DNA of 64,000 nt from an uncultured Mageeibacillus sp. (lineage in GTDB: Bacteria > Bacillota > Clostridia > Saccharofermentanales > Saccharofermentanaceae). Position 1 is the first letter of the stretch. The number at the start of each line of letters is the position of its first letter. The notes below the pieces were generated by a model that was not told the origin of the DNA, did not search any database, and saw nothing but the letters and a program-made list of their open reading frames with translations. The translations under genes and the position numbers were made by a program. Location: contig CAZTXQ010000004.1 of the NCBI GenBank assembly GCA_964617375.1, positions 34,546 to 98,545 on the forward strand, read 5' to 3'. Below are positions 27,665-37,500 of this stretch, piece by piece.

Positions 27665-28819
27665 TTACTTTTCGGATTTGTTTACTATATTCGTCATCGC
27701 GGGTCTTTTCGACCGGGACAGAAAGAAGAAGGCCAGCAGGACAGAAAAAAGACCGCTGCTGATTTTCGCGATCAGAAAAGGCCCGACTGCCGACGGGGCG
27801 ACGCTTGCGACATAGGCAAACTGTCCGCCCAGAACAAAGGCTGAGCTTACGGCAAGAGAGGAACAGAGAAGCTTGCCCTTCCCGTCCATTTCCTTAAGCT
27901 TTCCCCAGACCAGAATATTCGATGCCAGATTCCCGATCACAGCAGACAGAGTGTTTGCGGACATCATGTCTTCGGACATCCTGTCTTCGGACATCCTGTC
28001 CGAGGGAAGGCGCGTCTGTTTCTTACTTCTGCGCCGTATCAACTTGATAAGCCGGCTTAAGATCTCGGTCATAGGATACGCTCCTCCCAGGATCAGCGCA
28101 ATTTTTCCGACAATAAAGACGGTGTCTTGAAACGGCACCATATCCGGTATGATCTTGATGCCCAGGAGCACATAAAGCGCCTGCAGGATAAGTCCGGCTA
28201 TGCTGAGCGCCATAATGAATTTGCCGAAAATGAAAAATGCCCTGAGCGTCTGCTCCGGAAACCGAAGCAGGCCAAGGGATACGATTAGTACCATAACGAA
28301 AAGGGGAAGCATGTTCAAAAGGAGAGAAATCGCTCCGATCCCCATGAAGAGTCCCGCTATGAACGCGCCGGGTACAATAGCGACCGTGCCGATCAGAATC
28401 CCTTTGGCAAGATCCTTATGATCTTCCCTGGAGACCATGGAGAGGGCGACCGGAATGCTGAAGCTAACGGCCGCACCGAGTTGAGAAGCAATGATGATGC
28501 CCGAAAAAAGGCCGATTCCGGCCGTTTTCGCGATCCCCGACGAAATCGGGAAGCCGCCCATGTCGACCGGGAAAATCATTGCGGGGAGGATCGACGGGTC
28601 AATCGGCAGTATCGTTGAAAGGCTTACTGCGGCGGGGCTGATCAACGAGAGAATGGTTGGGGACAGCGAATAGATACCGACCATTCCGAGAGCCAGAGGG
28701 CCCATCGTCTTAATGCCTTCTTCAAATTTTCCGCCAAGCTTCAGCGGACTTCCGATAAGGTAGTCAACCCCGCCGGCCAATAGAAAAACGCACATTACAA
28801 TCAGAATCGCCTTGTCCAT
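27665..28819 (-). CDS. EutH-like (ethanolamine permease family) polytopic membrane protein
   Basis: The N-terminus MDKAILIVMCVFLLAGGVDYLIGSPLKLGGKFEEGIKTMGPLALGMVGI resembles the EutH N-terminus. No other eut genes are nearby. Confidence 0.55.
   Translation of the reverse strand: MDKAILIVMCVFLLAGGVDYLIGSPLKLGGKFEEGIKTMGPLALGMVGIYSLSPTILSLISPAAVSLSTILPIDPSILPAMIFPVDMGGFPISSGIAKTAGIGLFSGIIIASQLGAAVSFSIPVALSMVSREDHKDLAKGILIGTVAIVPGAFIAGLFMGIGAISLLLNMLPLFVMVLIVSLGLLRFPEQTLRAFFIFGKFIMALSIAGLILQALYVLLGIKIIPDMVPFQDTVFIVGKIALILGGAYPMTEILSRLIKLIRRRSKKQTRLPSDRMSEDRMSEDMMSANTLSAVIGNLASNILVWGKLKEMDGKGKLLCSSLAVSSAFVLGGQFAYVASVAPSAVGPFLIAKISSGLFSVLLAFFFLSRSKRPAMTNIVNKSEK
27955..28003. repeat. 15-bp in-frame tandem duplication (gtcttcggacatcct, two full copies plus partials) inside the EutH-like gene
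   Basis: Full copies lie at 27966-27980 and 27981-27995. They encode ...DRMSEDRMSEDMMS... in a hydrophilic loop. Confidence 0.8.
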
Positions 28820-28837
28820 TCCACATGCCTCTAACCT

Positions 28838-30370
28838 TTAGAACGTTCTGTAAGACTTAAGAATTTGCTTGTCATCGGCCCGGCCCATGCCGTCGCGGTC
28901 ATTTCGGGCGGAACGGCTGTTGCCCGGCTGGGTCTTCACGCGGGAATCACGGTTTCCCGAAGCCGAAGGACGGTTCCGGGAATCTGCGGGACGAGATGCC
29001 GGAGCGCGGTTCTGCGTAACCGGCGTATGTCTTTCGGATACGCTCGGACGCGGTGCCGGTGTACGCTTTTGAGCGGCCGGCGTACGGTTCTGAGCGGCCG
29101 GAGTACGGCTTTCAGAAACGGCCGGGCGCGCTGCCGGTGTACGGCTTTGAGACGCCGGCGTACGGTTTTCCCTTACAGGAGAACTATCCCGTCTTCCTCT
29201 AACCGTTTTCTTGCTGGACTCATCAATACTTTCGTCAAGCGGATACGGATGTCCTTCGACGACGGGAACCATTTTCCCGATCAACTTCTGAATATCTCTG
29301 AGGAGAAGCTTCTCCTCTTTGTCGCAGAACGAAATGGCGGTTCCGCCGAGTCCAGCACGTCCCGTACGGCCGATTCTGTGTACATATGTCTCGGGTACCT
29401 CGGGCAAGTCGAACAGAATTACGTGCGACAGTTCGTCGATGTCGATACCGCGGGCCGCAATGTCCGTCGCGACCAGTATCTTTGTTTTACGCGTCTTGAA
29501 ATTACTCAGGGCCGTCTGTCTCGCATTCTGGGACTTGTTGCCATGGATCGCAAGCGCGTCGATCTCTTCGGCGGCCAGCCCTTTGACGATTTTGTCCGCA
29601 CCGTGCTTGGTTCGCGAAAAGACCAGTGCCGACTCGATATCCTTCGTTCTCAAGAGATGAACGAGAAGGCGCAGTTTGTTGCCCTTGTTGACGAAATAGA
29701 CGGACTGACGGATCGTATCCACGGTCGAAGAAACGGGTGTAATCTCGATTCGGACAGGCTTATGGAGGATCGAGTCGGCAAGACCTGCGATCTCCGGCGG
29801 CATCGTAGCCGAGAAGAACATCGTCTGTCTCTCCGTGGGAAGAGCCGCAATGATTCTTTTCACATCGCGGAGCATACCCATATCGAGCATGCGGTCGGCC
29901 TCGTCGAGAACAAAATACTGAACATGCGAAAGAGATATGAACTTCTGCCCCATAAGGTCGAGAAGACGTCCGGGTGTTGCGACAAGAATATCAATGCCGG
30001 AAGCCAGAGCCTTGGTCTGCGGATGCTGTGAGACACCGCCGAATATAACGGCGGTTTTGAGGGAAAGATATTTTCCGTATGTGTCAAAGCTTTCGCCGAT
30101 CTGTATCGCAAGCTCGCGCGTCGGCGCGAGAATCAGGGCTTTAATGTCTTTTCGGGATGAGGAACTTCTTTGGGAAAAGGACATCTGCTGCAGAATCGGG
30201 ACCGCAAAAGCGGCCGTTTTCCCTGTGCCCGTCTGCGCGGTGCCGAGAAGATCATGTCCTTCAAATAATGGCGGAATGGCTTCGGTCTGAATGGGTGAAG
30301 GTTCGGTATAGCCCTCCTCGAGCAATGCTTTAAGAATCGGTTTCGAAATTTGTAAGTCGTTAAAATGCAA
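28838..30370 (-). CDS. DEAD-box ATP-dependent RNA helicase with a basic repetitive C-terminal tail
   Basis: The motifs AQTGTGKT, PTRELA, DEAD, SAT and HRIGRTGRAG are present. The likely start is the TTG at 30370, preceded by aaaggag 5 nt upstream. The listed ATG at 30460 would add 30 non-conserved residues. Confidence 0.9.
   Translation of the reverse strand: MHFNDLQISKPILKALLEEGYTEPSPIQTEAIPPLFEGHDLLGTAQTGTGKTAAFAVPILQQMSFSQRSSSSRKDIKALILAPTRELAIQIGESFDTYGKYLSLKTAVIFGGVSQHPQTKALASGIDILVATPGRLLDLMGQKFISLSHVQYFVLDEADRMLDMGMLRDVKRIIAALPTERQTMFFSATMPPEIAGLADSILHKPVRIEITPVSSTVDTIRQSVYFVNKGNKLRLLVHLLRTKDIESALVFSRTKHGADKIVKGLAAEEIDALAIHGNKSQNARQTALSNFKTRKTKILVATDIAARGIDIDELSHVILFDLPEVPETYVHRIGRTGRAGLGGTAISFCDKEEKLLLRDIQKLIGKMVPVVEGHPYPLDESIDESSKKTVRGRRDSSPVRENRTPASQSRTPAARPAVSESRTPAAQNRTPAAQKRTPAPRPSVSERHTPVTQNRAPASRPADSRNRPSASGNRDSRVKTQPGNSRSARNDRDGMGRADDKQILKSYRTF
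28975..29175. repeat. degenerate short tandem repeats encoding the (N/S)RTPA(A/S)Q-type tail of the helicase
   Basis: The protein tail reads NRTPASQSRTPAARPAVSESRTPAAQNRTPAAQKRTPAPRPSVSERHTPVTQNRAPASRP. The DNA shows recurring ccggcgtacgg(t/c)t units. Confidence 0.7.
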
Positions 30371-30520
30371 AGGCTTCTCCTTTATGAAGATACGTATTAT
30401 ATCTTCTTCTTTCTCAAAAAAAGGGGCGCGTACATAGCGTCCCTCATTAAAGTGTACCATACTTATTACCGGTTGCGTTAGTGTTTCTTTCGCCGCACCA
30501 TGGCGGAATACTTCTGTAAC

Positions 30521-31402
30521 CTACTCTCTCCTGGCCGGAATAAGGAGCACCGATGCCTTGGCCTGGCGGGCGATATTGTGGCTTACGCTTCCGAGGAAGA
30601 CGTCGCGGATAAAGCCGCGCCCCTGACTTCCCATTACGACAAGCTGTATGCCGCGGTCCTCGATCGCATCGAGAATATACCTCGTGGGGCTCCCGTAGAA
30701 GAGAACCGTGTCGACTTCGGTATCGCCATTAATGTCCTGAAGCGTCTTCTTCATGGCATCGAGACGCGCTTCGTCCTTGGCATTAAATTCGGACAGCTGC
30801 GCGAGAAGATACGGATCGATGCGGCTCTGATCCTGAACATGCATCAGCGTAATCTGGCGGACTCCGGCCGCTGTCATTTCCTTCAAAACCTCAAATGCGT
30901 CATAAGACGCCGCCGAGAAATCCGTCGGAAACAGAACATGAAGATTGTAGCTGCTTCTTACCGGTGCATAGTAGACGGCTCCGTCCTTCTTCGTGCCTTC
31001 CAGCCTTACCAGAAGGAACGGCTTCGTGCAAAAATGTATAATCTCATAGGCGATTCCGCCCATGAGCGGTTCGCTCAGGAGAGTTCTGGTCTCGCCGCCC
31101 GCAAGGATCAGCGAATAGTCTTCTTCTTCGGCGATTCTTTTAACCTCGGTCTTGGCAAGTCCCGGAACAACGCGCACTTCGACTTCATAACCCTTTGCTT
31201 CCAGAACTCTCTTCTGCTCCTGCAGATTCTTATCGAGGGCGGAGGTCGCATAGGTAATGGCAATCGCGTCGGATTCCCGCTGGTCCAGACACTGTACAAG
31301 CAAAATCTTCTTCGTTCCGAACGCTTTCAGATTCTCGATATCTTTAAGAACTGCAAATGCTGCCGATGAAAGATCCGTGGCGATAATGACCTTCTCAAAC
31401 AT
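30521..31402 (-). CDS. tandem-domain universal stress protein (UspA family)
   Basis: I chose the start at MFEKVIIATDLS, which has a ggaaagaaggg RBS. There are two Usp repeats, each ending in a G..G(R/H)G...LGSV-like ATP-binding motif. Confidence 0.8.
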   Translation of the reverse strand: MFEKVIIATDLSSAAFAVLKDIENLKAFGTKKILLVQCLDQRESDAIAITYATSALDKNLQEQKRVLEAKGYEVEVRVVPGLAKTEVKRIAEEEDYSLILAGGETRTLLSEPLMGGIAYEIIHFCTKPFLLVRLEGTKKDGAVYYAPVRSSYNLHVLFPTDFSAASYDAFEVLKEMTAAGVRQITLMHVQDQSRIDPYLLAQLSEFNAKDEARLDAMKKTLQDINGDTEVDTVLFYGSPTRYILDAIEDRGIQLVVMGSQGRGFIRDVFLGSVSHNIARQAKASVLLIPARRE

Positions 31403-31563
31403 ATAAGTCCCTTCTTTCCTTCCGCTTCCGCAAGGTCCGATCGTATGAGATATCAAATTTACACGATATTTCTAACTTGATTATACTCTCTTTATCACCT
31501 GACGGATCACGGCGGGGCCTTCTTCAATATGAACAAGAAGTAAAGATGTCAGAAGGAACGATC

Positions 31564-33723
31564 TTATTCGAACTTCTTGTATAGCACCCGCATCGCATTC
31601 AGTATGGCGAGTATCGCAACACCGACATCCGCAACGACTGCCGCCCACATGTTTGCCATTCCGAAAGCCGCCAGAACAAGGATGACACTCTTAACCCCCA
31701 GGGCAAAAACGATGTTCTCCGTCACGATTTTCCGCGTATAAGCCGATATCCGAAGCGCCGTAGCAACCTTGGACGGTTCATCGGTCATGATGACCACATC
31801 CGCGGCTTCGATCGCCGCATCCGACCCGACGCCGCCCATCGCGATTCCGACGTCCGCTCTTCGCAAGACTGGCGCGTCATTCATTCCGTCGCCGACAAAA
31901 ACCGTTTTCCGTCCGGGCGAACTCAGGGCGATCAGGCTCTCGAATGCCTCCACCTTCTGATGCGGCAGGAGACCGCTTTTCACCTCGTCGAGACCGAGCT
32001 CCCGCCCGATTCTGTCGCCGGTTTCGCGATTGTCACCGGTCAGCATGACAAGCTTCCCGATACCGAGGCGCCTTAAATCCGCGATCGCCCGTGCCGAGTC
32101 TTCTCTGACCGTATCAGAGATCACGATATGACCGTAATATACACGGTCAACAGCGACATGAACGACGGTTCCGGTTCTTTCCGGTACGTCAAAAGGTATA
32201 TCGAATTTCCTCATAAGCCCTTCGTTGCCGGCGAGAATTTCTTTCCCCTCGAAAACGGCCCGGGTTCCTTCGCCTGTGAATTCTTCGCTTTCCGTGACAG
32301 CTATCGCATCAACCGGGTTCCCGTACGCTTTCAGAACAGCTTCGGCAATCGGATGATTGGAATAGGCCTCCGCGTGAGCCGCATAGCGTAAAAGCTGCTC
32401 GCGATCCCCTGTCTTGCTCATGACCTCCGAGATCTCAAAGACGCCTTTTGTCAGGGTTCCCGTCTTGTCGAAAACGATCGTTCCGGCCGAATGCAGTGCT
32501 TCCAGATAATTGCCGCCTTTAAAGAGTATTCCCTGTTTCGAAGCCCTGCCGATTCCGCCGAAGAAGCCCAGAGGAATCGATATGACAAGCGCGCAGGGGC
32601 AGGAGATCATAAGGAATACGAGCGCTCTTCCGATCCACTCGCTCCAGACGGCTCCCGTGATCAGAAGCGGCGGCAGAATAGCAAGGGCCAGCGCCAGAAA
32701 TACAACGGCCGGCGAATAGATACGCGCAAATTTCGTAATGAAGTTCTCGGTCGCGGCCTTTTTGCTCGCGGCATTCTGCACGAGGTCCAGTATTTTGTAA
32801 ACCGTGGAATCGGTGTATTCCTTGGTAACCTGTACGACAAACATACCATTACGGTTGATCGACCCGGAATAGACTTCGCTTCCGGGTTCGACGCTTCGCG
32901 GTAAGGATTCACCTGTAATCGCGGACGTATCCAGCATTGAATTGCCTTCCCGGACGACACCGTCCAGCGGAATCCTCTCGCCCGGTTTGATCACGATGAA
33001 ATCGCCGGGATGCACGTCTTCCGGAACCACCTTGCTGATCTCGCCGTCTATTTGTAAGTTCGCATATTCCGGCTTGATGTTCATCAGAGACTTGATGGAC
33101 TTTCTCGAACGATCGACAGCCATATCCTGGAAGAATTCGCCGATCTTATAGAAAATCATAACGGCAACGCCCTCGCTGTACTCGCCGATCACGATTGCAC
33201 CGATCGTCGCGACGCTCATGAGGAAATTCTCGTCGAAGATCTGACCCTTCCCTATTTTCCGTACGGCCTTCACGAGGATATCGGCTCCGAAGATCAGGTA
33301 GCTTGTAAGGTAAAGAGCGATCCCTATTGCGTCGGTACGTTTAAGAATAAGCGCCAATGCGAAAAGAATCGCACCTACGGGATACGCGATCCTCTTAACC
33401 CGGCGGATCATAGCGCCCTCTTCCCCGGAACTCTCCGCCGGCTGCATCATGGACTGGCGGTCAGCTGTCGAAGAAACGGGTTCAACAATACGGATATCAG
33501 GTTCGATACTATGAACGATATCTTTGATCTTCTCTATAATCAGGTTGTCCTTATTGTCCTTCTCCAGGGCGAACTTCAGCGTTTTCGAGACGAAATCAAC
33601 CGAAGCGGATACGACTCCGTCCAGTTCGCCGACTTTCCGTTCAATCTTTGCGGCACAGTTCGCGCAGCCGAGATTCTCAAGGCTCCAGAGAATGGTTATG
33701 TCTTTCTTCATATATTTCCCCAT
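31564..33723 (-). CDS. heavy-metal (Cd/Zn/Co-type) P1B-ATPase
   Basis: The N-terminal HMA domain has GCANCAAKIE. The protein also has the TM CPC motif (SCPCALVISIP), DKTGTLT and GDGMNDAP. An alternative start is at 33711. Confidence 0.9.
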   Translation of the reverse strand: MGKYMKKDITILWSLENLGCANCAAKIERKVGELDGVVSASVDFVSKTLKFALEKDNKDNLIIEKIKDIVHSIEPDIRIVEPVSSTADRQSMMQPAESSGEEGAMIRRVKRIAYPVGAILFALALILKRTDAIGIALYLTSYLIFGADILVKAVRKIGKGQIFDENFLMSVATIGAIVIGEYSEGVAVMIFYKIGEFFQDMAVDRSRKSIKSLMNIKPEYANLQIDGEISKVVPEDVHPGDFIVIKPGERIPLDGVVREGNSMLDTSAITGESLPRSVEPGSEVYSGSINRNGMFVVQVTKEYTDSTVYKILDLVQNAASKKAATENFITKFARIYSPAVVFLALALAILPPLLITGAVWSEWIGRALVFLMISCPCALVISIPLGFFGGIGRASKQGILFKGGNYLEALHSAGTIVFDKTGTLTKGVFEISEVMSKTGDREQLLRYAAHAEAYSNHPIAEAVLKAYGNPVDAIAVTESEEFTGEGTRAVFEGKEILAGNEGLMRKFDIPFDVPERTGTVVHVAVDRVYYGHIVISDTVREDSARAIADLRRLGIGKLVMLTGDNRETGDRIGRELGLDEVKSGLLPHQKVEAFESLIALSSPGRKTVFVGDGMNDAPVLRRADVGIAMGGVGSDAAIEAADVVIMTDEPSKVATALRISAYTRKIVTENIVFALGVKSVILVLAAFGMANMWAAVVADVGVAILAILNAMRVLYKKFE

Positions 33724-33727
33724 ATCC

Positions 33728-34099
33728 TCACTTTTCTGAGATGTGGCTTAAGCCCTGATCGAAAATCTGCATGACGTGCTCATCAGCCAGCGAATAAAAA
33801 ACGGTCTTTCCGTCTTTTCTGGTCTTCACGAGCTTGGACTGCCGAAGTATACGGAGCTGATGGGAGATCGCCGACTGGGTCATCTTAAGGAGTTCCGCGA
33901 TATCGCAAACGCACATCTCCGTCTCGAAAAGGGCCGACATTATGCGTATTCTGGTCGAATCGCCGAATATCTTGAAGAGCTCCGCCAGATCAAAAAGCAT
34001 GTTCTCATCCGGTTGTCCGGACTTAAGGTGTTCCATAATCTCTTCGGGTATAACACGCGTTTCGGTTGATTCAATGTCATCAGGTTCGTCGTATATCAT
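33728..34099 (-). CDS. ArsR/SmtB-family metal-sensing repressor
   Basis: I chose the start MIYDEPDD at 34099, which has a ggaggaa RBS. The longer listed ORF would translate through the promoter and operators. The protein has the DSTRIRIMSAL...CVCDIAELL...SAISHQLRILR winged-helix region with an alpha3 Cys pair. Confidence 0.8.
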   Translation of the reverse strand: MIYDEPDDIESTETRVIPEEIMEHLKSGQPDENMLFDLAELFKIFGDSTRIRIMSALFETEMCVCDIAELLKMTQSAISHQLRILRQSKLVKTRKDGKTVFYSLADEHVMQIFDQGLSHISEK

Positions 34100-34123
34100 C
34101 CTTCGTTCCTCCATGTTATACAC

Positions 34124-34143
34124 ATATGAGCACTTGTTCATAT
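34124..34143. promoter_or_regulatory. proximal ArsR-type operator (imperfect 9-2-9 inverted repeat ATATGAGCA-CT-TGTTCATAT)
   Basis: It lies between the -10 box and the RBS of the arsR-ATPase operon. It has one mismatch relative to the distal site. Confidence 0.6.
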
Positions 34144-34153
34144 TTATGTCTTG

Positions 34154-34182
34154 ATTGTACACCGGGTGATTCTCGATGTCAA
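34154..34182 (-). promoter_or_regulatory. sigma-A type promoter of the arsR/P1B-ATPase operon
   Basis: The minus strand reads TTGACA (34182-34177), a 17-nt spacer, then TACAAT (34159-34154). Confidence 0.6.
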
Positions 34183-34185
34183 CAT

Positions 34186-34207
34186 CATATGAACACATGT
34201 TCATATG
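34186..34207. promoter_or_regulatory. distal ArsR-type operator (perfect 10-2-10 palindrome CATATGAACA-CA-TGTTCATATG)
   Basis: It directly abuts the -35 box of the minus-strand promoter. Confidence 0.65.
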
Positions 34208-34382
34208 TAATTTATCCGGCCGGGTAACGCTCTCACTGAACATCATATGAAAGAATATAGTAAGTATGATTATTTTGACATTTCAGCGCCGTCACTGTCT
34301 CAATAACCTCTCGAAACGAGAGGCCCGTTTTCACATTGTGTTCACATTTGTTTTAATTAATGTCCGAATTATGTCTTTATTG

Positions 34383-34411
34383 TTGACAATTCAACAAAAA
34401 TGCTGTATAAA
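34383..34411 (+). promoter_or_regulatory. candidate sigma-A promoter for the XrtG cassette
   Basis: TTGACA (34383-34388), a 17-nt spacer, then TATAAA (34406-34411) with TG immediately upstream. It lies about 95 nt before the ATG at 34507. Confidence 0.5.
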
Positions 34412-34506
34412 TAGGGTAAATAACAACCGTACAGGTTGCAAAAGAGAAAAAACGGGTCCAGCCTGCTGAATTACTGAAAATAACAGTATTCTTTCAAAGG
34501 AGCGTT

Positions 34507-37500
34507 ATGAGTTTCGAAAGCTATAAATATACATTTCGATTAAACGCTTCTCACAGCCGTCTTAACTCGGACGACACACATTCGCATACATTTGAGATTA
34601 CGCTTTATATCAGACAATCGGAGTCTTTCTCCGAATATCGCGAGACCGAGAAACGAATAGGCGATTATTTGAATCGTTACACCGGTGTGCTCTTAAACAA
34701 TACTCCTCCGTTTGACCGCACCAACCCGACTCTCGAGAACATGGGAGAGGAATTCTTCACGGGAATTTCCGATGTATTGTCCGGTGTCGGATATCAGCTG
34801 ATCCGGCTTACCATCAGCGAGAACCCGCAGAGAATCTACAGTGTCAACTTAGATGACTTAAGTCCCGATAAGCTTGAACGCCTTAAGCTCTCCAAAAGCA
34901 AAATCGAAGAAGCCGCGGAGGTCCCTCACAAGACACCCGATCACGCCGGAAAGATGCCGGAAGCGTCGATCAGACCCGAAACGCCGATTCTCGATACAGC
35001 CCCTGCAGCCGTGATTTCTTATGTCCCCCCAAAAGAGATCCGTCCGGCGTCCGGACTTTCTTTTCTTCTATCGTTTTGGCTGGTGCTCATCGCCGGCTTT
35101 GCTGTCATGACCGCCGTAGAGCATTCCGGATTCTATCCGCTCGGTCTGGATATACACGGTCACCTTTTCAAATCGAATCTGGTCTATAACGAGATTCTTA
35201 AAGGCAACTGGTATCCGTTATATACAGAGTTCTGGTACAACGGTCTCCAGCCGTTCCGCTACTGGCCACCTATGACGTATTACGTAATGGCGTTCCTGCA
35301 GTTTATCTCTGGCGGCGATGTTATGAATGCCTATCTGGGCTTCATCTGGCTGTCCTGTTCGGCAGGCGGCATCGGCTGGCTTCTGTTCGGGAAAAAATTG
35401 GGACGCCCCGTTCTGGGTGCATTTTTCGGACTGATATGGTTCTTCTTCCCCGATAACCTGAGAGTATTCTTCGGGGAAGGCAACATGCCGAGAATGCTGA
35501 TCACCATGCTGCTGCCGTACCTCTTCTATTTCTTATGGAGTTACGTGGCCTATCGCCGGAAGAGATGGGTAATTCCGCTGATCCTGCTGATGCTTGTCAT
35601 TATTTTCACGCATCTGATGATCTCGGCAATGGTCGGTGTCGCCTCCGCTCTCTTCCTGCTGATTTACGCGATTGCGAACAAGAGGTTCAAGGAATCGGTT
35701 CTTGCGATCCTTGCCATGCTCTTCTCCTTTGCGGTGGCCGGAATCTGGGTTTATCCGTCACTGGTGGGCGGCCTTACCTCGATGGCGTCCGACGGCACCT
35801 CTGCCCTTATGGCGTCACTAAGCGCAAGAATATATGTGTCCCTGAATCCTTTCATCCGTCTTGAAGGCGGTGTAACGGAACTTTATTTCGGCCTGGCCAT
35901 CGCACTGATCGCACTGATCGGGGTGTTCCTGTCGAATCGGAAAAGTCTTCCCGGATTCATGACACTCTTAATCGTAATACTTGGTACAACGACCGCTCTT
36001 ACGCCCCTCATTCAGCATCTTCCCTTAAGCCAGCTTTTCTGGGTTCGCCGCTTCACCCCGATCGCCTATGCATTCTTCGTGATCGCCGTTCTCGAATGGC
36101 GCAGCCTGAAAAAGCCAATCGCCGTTGCCTTGTGCTCTGTCATACTTCTCGACGCGATTCCGTCCTGTGACCTTGCAGCTTACGATTTCAGGATGAATGT
36201 TCCCGCCACCGTAAACAGCATCTCATCTACAATGGATGATCTTCTCATCACAGAGGCCAAAGATATTACAAAGCAGCGCGTGTCGCTTATGGATTTAAGC
36301 ACGTTGGGACCGATGCCATCCTACGCCTTCGCCGACGTCGGTACGAGAACGCAGTACGTATTCGGCTGGGCCTGGCAGGGTGCCGCAACGGCTAACAATA
36401 TCGCGTATCTGAACGAATCCCTTGAGAAGCAGAATTATCTTTATCTGTTTGACAGGAATCTCGAGCTTGGCGCCGATACGGTGCTCATTCAGAAATTGCA
36501 GATGAAAGGTACCGGTGCCCGCGAGAAATTATTGAAGGCAGCGGAGAAAGTCGGCTACAGTCTGATCGACGAAACCGACGAGATGCTTCTGTTCTCCTAT
36601 CCGGTCAACGGAAACTTCGGTGTCACGACCAAATACAGCGGGCTTGCCATAGGATCGACGGCAGCTCTCGTTCCCGGCATTCTTCCTTCCTTTCACCCGG
36701 GTGACAAAGTAATCATCGACGATTACACAGCGGCGGAACTGGAACAATATGACATGATCTATCTTTCCGGATTCTTCTACCGGAACAAAGCAGACGCCGA
36801 AAAAATCGTACGCGAAATAGCCGCCGCCGGCGTAAAAGTTTACATCGATATGAGCCGCATTCCGGCCGATCCGACCACACAGCGAATGACCTTTCTGGAT
36901 GTGTCTGCGCAGCCGATCACGTTTTATGACAGTTTTCCCGAGCTGATTACGGAATCGGTTACGACAAATGCCGCTCCCTTTGCAGAAGGATACGAGAAAT
37001 GGAACACCGTATATCTGACGGGACTCAGCGACGCGAACGGCTATGCATGGTTTCAGGATACCAAACTGGATTTTGTCCGAACAGACGAGACAAACAACAT
37101 CACGTTCCTCGGATTCAACCTTCTGTTTCACGCATATACGGCCGGGGACACGGCCGTGAAGGCTGTTTTTGACTCATTAATGGAGCTGGATGAAGATAAA
37201 CTGCCCGAACGTACCGTCGTACCGCTTGAAATTCGTTACGAAACGAATAAGATAATAATTGAGTCCTTATTTGATAATGTCAACACTACGATTGCATATC
37301 AGGATACCTTCAAGAGCGATCAGCCGATTCGCTCCGTGAACCACTTCCTGATCGTCGATAAAGGTACGACCGTGATCACAATGGAATATCCATACCTGAG
37401 GCAGGGAACAATCGTATCGGCTATCGGAATTGTTTTGGAAGCGGGGGTCCTTTATCTGATTTTTCGCAAATCCAAAACCGAAAGAACCGGGACAGCATCG

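Noticed and set aside
28865-30031. A 388-aa plus-strand ORF antisense to the DEAD-box helicase.
   Set aside because: The translation is Arg/Gly-rich with no recognisable domain. The opposite strand carries every helicase motif.
34100-34246. The longer 172-aa version of the ArsR-family ORF.
   Set aside because: The extra 48 codons cover the promoter (-35 and -10) and both palindromic operators. The ATG at 34099 has a GGAGGAA RBS.
34411-34506. A possible c-di-GMP riboswitch in the leader of the XrtG cassette.
   Set aside because: The leader lacks the GGCAAAC and ACGCAAAGC blocks or any other riboswitch signature I recognise. Only the promoter call is retained.
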